64,000 nt of DNA, taken from contig NC_068983.1 in the NCBI RefSeq assembly GCF_001194135.2, positions 76,045,875-76,109,874 of the forward strand, written 5' to 3'. Of the stretch, positions 55,063 to 64,000 are shown in pieces. Positions within the stretch are counted from its first letter, which is position 1. Each line of letters starts with the position of its first letter. The notes beneath the pieces were generated by a model. It was not told where the DNA came from, searched no databases, and saw only the letters and a program-made list of their open reading frames with translations. Position numbers and translations under genes: made by a program. The DNA is from Octopus bimaculoides (lineage: Eukaryota).

Positions 55063-55260
55063 CACGAGGGAGTGCTGAAAAGTTCCTGGCTTTGGGTAAA
55101 AGAAAGTACAGGAGAATCAGTTATAATTTCATTCAGCATATTCTCCTCTCAGATTCACACATTTATTGCAGCGGAGCTTCAGTTTTCTAAGCCCTGTAAA
55201 AGAACTCGTAATGTTGGGCCTCCAGCCCGGCCTTTCGCGACACCTTAAAGCCACGAAGTA
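55063..55260. mobile_element. Mariner-derived MITE-like deletion derivative
   Basis: Left end acgagggagtgctgaaaagttcctggcttt; right end ggcctttcgcgacaccttaaagccacgaagt, a decayed inverted counterpart; ~200 bp. Confidence 0.6.
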
Positions 55261-55432
55261 TCTATGTATTTCATCATTTCTACCTTGAAAACTTAAATTA
55301 TTTAGTTCTGCTTGTGTTTTAGATATATTGTGACAGAAGTAGCACAGTTTTCGTGAAGAATCTCACCAAAACTGAACTCCACACTCGAGCATTCATTTGA
55401 ATAGTTTTTTCTTTTTTTTTTTTTTACCACAG

Positions 55433-55481
55433 AGCGCTTTCGGATAAATCCATGTGATACCTCCTCTGCATACAATTCCTT
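55433..55481 (+). CDS. Candidate internal exon (xRFRINPCDTSSAYNS-L)
   Basis: Very strong acceptor (long T tract + accacag|). The phase 1->2 reading is open and joins 56793 to give ...AYNSLCLDK..., but the donor TT|GTAATC is weak. Confidence 0.25.
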
Positions 55482-56792
55482 GTAATCCAAAATATCTTTG
55501 TATCTCCAGAGTAATATATTTTCCCCTTGGTATTTTGTTCATTTATTTATTGATTCTACTTTTGCATTTCATATTTATTCATATTTAAATCTTTGTGAGA
55601 CATGTACCAGCTGGTGATAGAACGACACGCATCGTGTCGCGAACCTTTAAATTAGGCAGTGAAAGTATAAATAACCCTACGTATGAGTACCACATGTGTT
55701 TTTTACCGAGCATCTGATGGTGAAAGATCATGTCTTAATAGATAAGCATGTGTGAACTTATCCCATGTTTTTGTATTTGTATTTTGTTTCTTGCTGTTTA
55801 CAACGAGGGGCTCAACTCCCCTACCCTCTTCATCTAACCCTCTCCTCCTGCCTCTCTCCCCCACCCTCCCTCCTACCACCCCTCNNNNNNNNNNNNNNNN
55901 NNNNNNNNNNNNNNNNNNNNNNNNNNNNNNNNNNNNNNNNNNNNNNNNNNNNNNNNNNNNNNNNNNNNNNNNNNNNNNNNNNNNNNNNNNNNNNNNNNNN
56001 NNNNNNNNNNNNNNNNNNNNNNNNNNNNNNNNNNNNNNNNNNNNNNNNNNNNNNNNNNNNNNNNNNNNNNNNNNNNNNNNNNNNNNNNNNNNNNNNNNNN
56101 NNNNNNNNNNNNNNNNNNNNNNNNNNNNNNNNNNNNNNNNNNNNNNNNNNNNNNNNNNNNNNNNNNNNNNNNNNNNNNNNNNNNNNNNNNNNNNNNNNNN
56201 NNNNNNNNNNNNNNNNNNNNNNNNNNNNNNNNNNNNNNNNNNNNNNNNNNNNNNNNNNNNNNNNNNNNNNNNNNNNNNNNNNNNNNNNNNNNNNNNNNNN
56301 NNNNNNNNNNNNNNNNNNNNNNNNNNNNNNNNNNNNNNNNNNNNNNNNNNNNNNNNNNNNNNNNNNNNNNNNNNNNNNNNNNNNNNNNNNNNCTTTCTCC
56401 CCCCCATACCCACCTTCCCCCTCTCTCATATCCACCTTCCCTCTCTTATACCCACCCTCTCTCCTCTCTTCCTCTCTTTCTCTCCCCTCCCATACCCACC
56501 TTCCCCCTCTTCTACATCCACCTTCCCCTTCTCCCTTCATCGTCAACACCCCCTCATAAGCTCATCCCACCACACCCAACACACTCCTACTCTACCTTCC
56601 CACTCCACCCCATCCAATTGTTAGAAACCAGCTCCTAGTGATTTAAAATATAACTGGTTTCAATGCATCCATCTTATCAAATATTAAAAATAATTTTTTG
56701 GGAAGTCAAAGAGGAGAGAAATTAGGAGTTAACAGTTTGTTGACATGTTCTTAGTTCTTGTAAACATGTTCCATTTTTTGTTTCTGCATCAG

Positions 56793-56843
56793 GTGTCTGG
56801 ACAAAGATATAGCCGAGGAGAAGCTGCGAAGAAGAAATGTGAG
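56793..56843 (+). CDS. Internal exon of Kunitz-domain gene (xCLDKDIAEEKLRRRNV-S)
   Basis: Acceptor ccattttttgtttctgcatcag| and donor GAG|GTAAGT; 51 nt. The phase 2->2 reading is open and chains to the microexon and Kunitz exon. Confidence 0.75.
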
Positions 56844-57733
56844 GTAAGTTTCGTCAAGAACTTAATAAATTTGAGTAGGTGGCGCTTCTGTCGATTTCGA
56901 TGAACGAGTGGTTCAGTTATTCAGCCAATGATTCTGCCTACTCTTAACATTAGAGTGTAATTAGATGAATATTGCACAAACATTTCCATCCTGAATATGA
57001 TACATAATCATGTTTGAATCTTTGAATTACAAGAATAATACATCTGATTGAAATCTAAGCAGTTTCCCTGTATATTTCACTAAAGCTGCTTGAGGCATCT
57101 AGACTTCATAGAGCAATGCATTGTGATCGAATCTAGCAACATATGACTGTAAACGATCTACTTTCGGCTGCTATGCCTGTACCATTTTTCTGAGTTATGC
57201 AGAGGTGTTTTGAACCTCCACGCAGATACACAAGTACACAAATGATAGGCTCCAGAAAAATCTGCGATCTTCAGGCAATGTCATACTCTCTCACTTTGAA
57301 ATGTGAAATAAAGACAATTGTAAATGCTATACAACAACGTTATATCATCTTCCACTCTTCACAATGAAGATGTACTTCGTATTAAGTTTCCGGTCTTAAA
57401 TGAGTTCATATCCCAGCTTGTGTGAAACAAAGATGAGTTATTCAGATAACACGCTTTTCCAGTAATTTTATGTTTGCCAATCGTAGTAGCATCCTTGAAT
57501 AGAGCAAACCTTGCGGAAGTGAAATATATTGCTCGGTTTGATTTAAGGATGAAGTCAATCTCCTTTAGGGAGTCAATGACATTTTGAAGTGGATCAACAT
57601 TCCAACAATTCCTCGATGCTGTCATAACAGTTATGCATCTTTCTCATACAGTAAAATAATCTGTGATTTCTTAGTGCCACAAAACTTTGCAACAATTACG
57701 AAATATATTTTTTAAAATGTTGCTTTTTTTAGC

Positions 57734-57805
57734 CCCTGATTGAGTAACACAATGATCAAGTTCTCTAGTTTTGACTATGCGATTTTATTGAAACAGTGCA
57801 TTCAG
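57734..57805 (+). repeat. 72-bp dispersed repeat copy, 89% identical to 62366-62437
   Basis: Direct alignment gives 8 mismatches in 72. More distant relatives lie near 4780-4860, 18410-18480 and 58790-58890. Confidence 0.8.
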
Positions 57806-58102
57806 ACGCATTCCACTAATGCACATTCTATCTTTTAGGTTTCCTATAATCTATATAATTTAATTATTCCTTCTTTAAAGATAATTATGCGTTATTTGAG
57901 TGAAATGCATTTCTAGTCTATGGAGTAAGCAAGTAGAGAACCTTAATCATGTATTTTTGATCATTCTTACAAGAACATAATACTGATGCAAATTGGGATT
58001 GGTTGCATAAATTCTGAGTTTTTAGTGCGTTTGGTTGTATTCGTTTACAAAGCCATTAGTCAACAACGCTTCAGTTCTCTCCTTTGCTTCTTTATGCATC
58101 AG

Positions 58103-58116
58103 CACCAAGTCCACAG
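58103..58116 (+). CDS. 14-nt microexon (S-TKST-V)
   Basis: Long pyrimidine tract (ttctctcctttgcttctttatgcatcag|), CACCAAGTCCACAG, donor |GTAGAT. Its length converts phase 2 to phase 1, exactly as needed between 56843 and 60133. Confidence 0.6.
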
Positions 58117-59241
58117 GTAGATTTTGGATAGTCGGCTCAAAAAGTAATCAAATCTCCATTAAATCATACTTGGCAATGTAATAGCCGATAGAGAAAATCA
58201 CGGGTTAGTCATGATTAGAACACGCCTTTTATGTTCGATCTGTTGGAAAGCAACAGCAAACAGCAGTTCATAATTCCTCAGAAGGTTACTTGGAAGAGAC
58301 CAAAGGCACTTCACGAACGAGGCCAGTTTCAGCCACAGTATAATAATTGATACATATCTTATTAGCTGTTGATAGATGGAAAATGAACTCAATCACAGTA
58401 GATAAAAGCCTCATGATGTAGGAATAAAACTTTAAAACTCTATAAACTTGTGCTCAAATATTACGTATCTTGGACACATGCTAATATAACACAGACTTTT
58501 AATTATCTTTAACCATCTCTAAAATATTTTATGTTAAAGTAGTGTGCCAGGAGCAAATCAATATTTAATGTGTCTTAAATGTGTTGCATTAGGCCGGAAG
58601 ATGTAGTTATTTACATCACAGACTCAGCTCAATTCAGCTAGCAATGGAGAATACCTTCACTGTACACTGCTTGTACGATACAATGCTAAATGAGCTAAAG
58701 ATGGAGTTTTATTGCGGTCGTTTGGTAAGATAAAATATCAAGGAAGCCTCGCTCAAATGAAATCATTGTTTTCAGCAAGGAAGGTCACAATGCATAAGTA
58801 AGTTGTATATATCCCTAAAAAAATAATCACGGTTAGAAAGATTTTCCTTACAGATTATTTTCTCAAACACCGTCGATATGGGGCTGAACAACAATAATAA
58901 TAGTCACATGCTCAATACCCTTACGTTCTTCATATAAAATGACTCATATCTAATCCAACGCACATTGTTCGATTATATGACTAAATAACTGGTTTCAACA
59001 TTTATATAACAATATTATTTCCTTAATTTTTCTCTTTAAAAACAGTCCTACGGCAAAATGTGTCCATATAACAAGATATGCGTGATTCAACGCATAGAAG
59101 TTCCACGAAAAATGTCCATACCTGTTTGCATCTTTAAAGTACAGAAACCAGGTAAACTTATCGAATGAATATAATCGACAAAAATTTTGTTACCAATTCA
59201 GCTTGTACTACTACTGACACATACGAACACCATCACCTACA

Positions 59242-59928
59242 ACAGAGAAAGTTGAGCAGAGAATCTGCTTCAAATTATGACAAAAGCTTGGCGATACCTG
59301 CTTAGAGGACAACACAAAGTTTTCATAAAATTTTCATCGTTCTCGACACAATCAAGGCAACTGAAACCCAAGGTGCCTTTTTGGTCAGCTGAAAGCAGTT
59401 TTGGTACTAACTTGGCAGACACACGTCTCATACCCAAATCTTCAGTGATAATGTACTCAACTGAACCGTAGCTAATCTGCACATCGTCTGATAACTCACG
59501 GATGGTGATTCGACGATTTCGTCTTCACAGTTGCACGCACATCTGCGATGTTTTTCTCAGTTCTGCTGGCTGCAGGTTGCCCAGAATGTTCGTTAATATC
59601 GACATTTTCTGGCCATCTTGAAACGTCTAAACTACTCATACATTTGTTTGCTGCTCATACACTCCTTTCCATACACTTTCTGCAACTTTGCGCAGGCCTC
59701 TAAGCGGGTATCGCCATGATAACTTTCTCTGTCGTGGTCAATGCGACGATCACACGCTACACACTTTCCTTCAAAGCACTACTGTAAACAGCGGAAGTGA
59801 GCTAGAACGTTAAAACTTAGCGCACATGCACAGCAGAGTTTCAAGTCAATCTTTGCCAAGAGGCTTTACTCTGTGTGCTTTAACTTCGTTAGTATGGCAA
59901 CAGTCCGGATACTTATTGATCAGACCAC

Positions 59929-59929
<1 letters not shown>
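59242..59929 (-). mobile_element. Mariner relic (5' ~620 bp) with an inverted N-terminal fragment at its broken end
   Basis: TIR TA|CGTGGTCTGATCAATAAGTATCCGGACTG at 59901-59929. Minus strand encodes KLQKVYGKECMS..., EDLGMRRVSAKLVPKLLSADQK. Plus strand 59242-59308 encodes TEKVEQRIC.K...KLGDTC.E. Confidence 0.85.
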
Positions 59930-59964
<35 letters not shown>

Positions 59965-59980
59965 ATATATATATATATAT

Positions 59981-60029
<49 letters not shown>

Positions 60030-60132
60030 GAGAGAGAGATACGTACATATATATATATGTGTGTGTATGTGTGTGTATGTGTGTGTATGTGTACACATGA
60101 ATTTCTCATAACTTTTTAATTTTCTCTTCCAG

Positions 60133-60707
60133 TTAACTCCGAGATTTGCAAACTTCCTCCTGATCATGGAAAATGTGGGGCACGATTTGTTCGCTGGTAT
60201 TTCAACAGACACTCGCAACAATGCAGCTGGTTCCATTATAGTGGATGCGCTGGAAATCGGAACCGCTTCACCACTAAAGAATCATGTAAAGATTTCTGCA
60301 TTAGTCATAACAGTGCTCTCCAAATGGTACCACAAGAAATAAGAGCTAATCCTGTTAACGCTTTTAATGGCTACAATGATGCTGATGTTTATTTGAAGAA
60401 ATATAATGATATCGAATCGGAATGGAATGGAGTCGAGGAGATGGGAAATGTTACGTCACCGATGATGGCGAAATTAGCAAATAACCTTGTACTAACTGTT
60501 ACTACAAATCCACTTGACACCCTACAACCGTTGAGTTGGTATAAAAAACGACGCTGCTTGAAATGGAAACGGCAAAATAGGCGTCTTTGTACTAAAAGGA
60601 ATTGGAAACATCGAAGTTACAAAAAGCAACGACAAAATCGTGTCAGTTTTCTTCGGAAAGAGACGAAGCCTTTGTCAGCACCCACATACGCCCATTCCCC
60701 GAGGCAG
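60133..60707 (+). CDS. Exon encoding a Kunitz/BPTI protease-inhibitor domain, acidic spacer and highly basic segment
   Basis: Acceptor tttctcttccag| at 60132. Translation NSEICKLPPDHGKCGARFVRWYFNRHSQQCSWFHYSGCAGNRNRFTTKESCKDFC has canonical C-x8-C-x15-C-x7-C-x12-C-x3-C spacing with RWYF, YSGC and GNxNRF motifs (60147-60299). It is in frame with ORF 60324-60839. Probable donor CAG|GTGAAT at 60708 (phase 0); without splicing the frame stops at 60839. Confidence 0.92.
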
Positions 60708-61637
60708 GTGAATTCTTCCCACAGAGGACGGTATAGGTACTTACCTAACCGTACTAACGGTTACAAACTCTTCTCGATTCTGCAGAGTCCATTCCACTTA
60801 AAAGTCAATCACCATAAATTGAACCGAAGTAATACGTAAAATGCTCTTTGATAGAAGAAAGAGTGAACATAAAAAGAAAAAAAAACAGAAAAAAAACTAA
60901 AAAAACTGGTATAGACATTTTATATTCGAAAGCTATTAAGCAATGTAATTCGATATGTGTATATATGTAATAGAATACTTTTTGTACTTGTATGTATACA
61001 TACAGAATATACTCATATACATCTATGCGCATATATATATATATGTATATGTATGTANNNNNNNNNNNNNNNNNNNNNNNNNNNNNNNNNNNNNNNNNNN
61101 NNNNNNNNNNNNNNNNNNNNNNNNNNNNNNNNNNNNNNNNNNNNNNNNNNNNNNNNNNNNNNNNNNNNNNNNNNNNNNNNNNNNNNNNNNNNNNNNNNNN
61201 NNNNNNNNNNNNNNNNNNNNNNNNNNNNNNNNNNNNNNNNNNNNNNNNNNNNNNNNNNNNNNNNNNNNNNNNNNNNNNNNNNNNNNNNNNNNNNNNNNNN
61301 NNNNNNNNNNNNNNNNNNNNNNNNNTGTGTGTGTATGTATGTATGTACATGTAGACATATATATATATATGCATGCATACATATATGTGTGAATGTGTTT
61401 GTGCAATATATATGCAAATGCGTTAGACATTTTCTAGTTAGGATTGCCAGTTTCTCACCATAGATACATTTGAGCGTGCAAATGTATAAAACTACAATGA
61501 AAGTATATGTTTTGACATTGGTGGTGTCAAACATTAATGTTTTGCGATAATAATGTATAAACTGACTGTTTTTTTTTCTCTCTCACCCTTTTCTTGTTCA
61601 TCTCACGCACACCATATACATGTTTCTATGCGTGTAG

Positions 61638-61704
61638 AATATATTCACTTCCCCTTCCCCTGAAACAATTTTGATCATGCAAATATATCCTGACACGCTC
61701 ACAC
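61638..61704 (+). CDS. Candidate exon (NIFTSPSPETILIMQIYPDTLT-H)
   Basis: Upstream pyrimidine tract, acceptor gtgtag|, strong donor CAC|GTGAGT; 67 nt. It is open in phase 0->1 and bridges 60707 to 62976. Confidence 0.35.
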
Positions 61705-62024
61705 GTGAGTGCATGCAAGTTATAATCTTTTGTTTTTTTTTTGTTTTGAAATTTACACACTTTAATGCATTTTGTAACATGTGCAATTTAGCCTGCAGTA
61801 ATATTTGTTTGTCATTAACATTGCACATAAACATAAAAATGTTATTTCGTTGATGTCGTCTAGTTATTTCTACATTGTTATTTTCTAATCGGTAAAAGTG
61901 TATGTATGAGTGTGTGTGTGTGTGTGGGGGGGGAATCTCAAATGCAGAAGGTATAGAATCTCAACGAAATTTGTGAGGTCGAGTTCGATTTCTAGTACAT
62001 ATCTGATTTCAAAAATATTTATCC

Positions 62025-62090
62025 TTTTATCCTTTGACTTGTTTCAGTGATTTCACTGCGCACATGCTGGAGCACCGCCTTAAATTTGTC
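62025..62090 (-). mobile_element. SINE family D 3' end
   Basis: ttttatcctttgacttgtttcagtgatttcactgcgcacatgctggagcaccgcctt is the reverse complement of the 10100-10165 tail. Confidence 0.7.
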
Positions 62091-62975
62091 TTTCAAGTAT
62101 TTTCAGTTAATCGACGTGACATGATAAAAAGGGATCAAAGGAGAATTCAGTGGTTTGTATACAATTAGAAGCATCGACGCAATGGAATTCTGTCCATCCA
62201 TAAAAGTATGTACTATCACGTGCCATACTTTACCTTTCTAGACAGCAGTTACAGCAACAGCAATAACAGTAGCTACACCAACAGGAGCAGCCGTAACAGT
62301 GCAAAATTGGAGAGTGATTTCTATTTTTCTTTTTGTAGTTATTTTTGTTGCTTAATCTTTGGCGACCCTGATTGAGTAAGACAATGATCAGGTTCTCTAC
62401 CTCTGACTATGCGATATTATTCAAACAGCGCATTCAGGATAACATGAACCAATTCATTTTTCCTTTTCCTGACGGTAATGTGAAATCTGAGGGAGATTAG
62501 GATGTTATTTCCAGCAGTTCAAACGACCACATAGAGGTGTTTTTGCTTTCATCGTCAGATATAGTTTATTCTCGCGAGAAGACTGCCAACGGTAGATTGT
62601 ATCGACGTCAGATTTTCAGATAGCGAAATCGAAGTGAAAGATTTAACTAGACGGAAGCATAGATTACACCTAGGAACTGTGTGCGTGAGAACTGATTATT
62701 TAGTTGCAGTTCCTCGTTGTTTTAAACTATATGATGAACCGATGCTATCAGAGATACACTTACTGCCCCGGCAGTTTGTGCAGGATATGTGTAAATCTAA
62801 AGGCTGCAAGAGTATTCTGACTACTTTATCAGACAATACTGTCATCCATCCACATATATATTCAAAAATATCTGTTTCCGTGCCATACTCCTCTGCACAT
62901 CAGAAAAAAGTTTTAATGTCATCTAACTAATTTTATGAAAATAGGCTGCTAGAACCTCATTCAACACTTCTGCAG

Positions 62976-63010
62976 ATGAGGACGCAGTGAGACGTCCGCT
63001 GCGAGACAAA
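62976..63010 (+). CDS. Probable internal exon (xEDAVRRPLRDK)
   Basis: Acceptor cacttctgcag| and donor AAA|GTAAGT; 35 nt, GC-rich against an AT-rich background. It is open only in phase 1->0. Confidence 0.55.
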
Positions 63011-63853
63011 GTAAGTGAGAGAGGGGGGAGAGAGAAGAAGAGAGATAGAGAGATAGAGAGAGAAATTGCCTGTAGTACTTGAACAGTCTTTTATTTATTG
63101 ACTCTGGAAGGTTGAAAACCATAGTTGACTTCAGGGTGTTTATTCCTTTCTAGAACAAATACTGCAAGGCCTTCTACTTGCCAGTTCACGTCATAATTCA
63201 TGAAATTATACACATAATGTTAATGCTCAAACTGGAAGCACACAGCATATATCTTCGAAAATATATTTTATCAATAGATCATACATCCTTGTGAAGATAG
63301 CAGCCACATGCTTTAAAAGATAACAACAATATATTAGTTGAACAAAGAGAATGTCTATAGCTCCCATACTACTAAAAAAAAAAAATTATGGTATGCAGAA
63401 ACATCAAACATATTTTGGCTCAATGGAACTATTGTGCTCACATAACAATGGAAGGAAGTACGGGAACAAGATATTTGTGAGAATTTTTCCCTGGCAACAC
63501 TTATAAAATAGCAGACGTATAACCATAGGACTTGGTGCACTTGATATGAAATTGAACTATCTACACTTATGCAGATTGTATTGTTAAAACAAGGATTTAT
63601 ACTGAATAGGTGATTTTTGTGTGAATATCGTACATCCTTAACTATATATATATATATATAAATACATTTGTATTTACATATGTATATACACATATATAAA
63701 TCGATACATAAATATATACATATATATATATATGCGTGTGTGTATGTGTGAGTGATCGGCAAAGTTACTAAATGATATTGACTATGAGAAGCATTTATAT
63801 TTACTTAAAGTCGTGTCATTGGGATTGTTCTTCATTACACCTTTCCTTTTTAG

Positions 63854-63925
63854 ATATGCAGAACTTTGCTTCGCCGCTATTTCTGTCAGTGGAATCTCTC
63901 ACGACATCAAACACTGCATCAATAA
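63854..63925 (+). CDS. Probable terminal coding exon (ICRTLLRRYFCQWNLSRHQTLHQ*)
   Basis: Strong acceptor cctttccttttttag|. The phase-0 reading continues from 63010 to TAA at 63923-63925. The other two frames are also open, so the frame depends on the upstream chain. Confidence 0.45.
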   Translation: MCRTLLRRYFCQWNLSRHQTLHQ

Positions 63926-63954
63926 CGCAATACGTTACTCAGATAAGCAACACT

Positions 63955-64000
<46 letters not shown>

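Noticed and set aside
57359-57625. Minus ORF containing CWNVDPL, reminiscent of a kinase C-terminal motif
   Set aside because: The following RP motif and all other kinase subdomains are absent, and there are no splice signals.

Overview
This is AT-rich eukaryotic genomic DNA, dense in microsatellites and transposon remnants, with about 7 kb of N gaps. The SINE families and repeat landscape point to an octopod cephalopod, probably Octopus (inferred from recalled repeat consensi, not a database search). Nearly all entries in the ORF track are artefacts of microsatellites, gaps or decayed transposases. The one real gene I can support is on the + strand and encodes a probably secreted single-Kunitz (BPTI-type) protein. 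The ORF track misses the domain because it lies upstream of the first Met of its exon. The best-supported chain is a 51-nt exon (56793-56843), a 14-nt microexon (58103-58116) and the Kunitz exon (60133-60707), whose phases join exactly. A signal-peptide exon (7612-7659) and 3' exons (62976-63010, 63854-63925) are likely but less certain. The ~49 kb between the signal exon and the next supported exon holds at least six Tc1/mariner relics, RTE, jockey/I-like and Penelope-like fragments, four tRNA-derived SINE families, a tRNA-Phe-derived element and a Helitron-like insert. R4/Dong fragments lie upstream, in the first 3.3 kb. The most notable non-coding signals are several type I hammerhead-ribozyme motifs, a 64-bp fold-back whose mismatches are all G-U compatible on the gene's strand, and a complete strand bias of (TCTA)n arrays. 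I found no prokaryotic-type system (CRISPR, operon).
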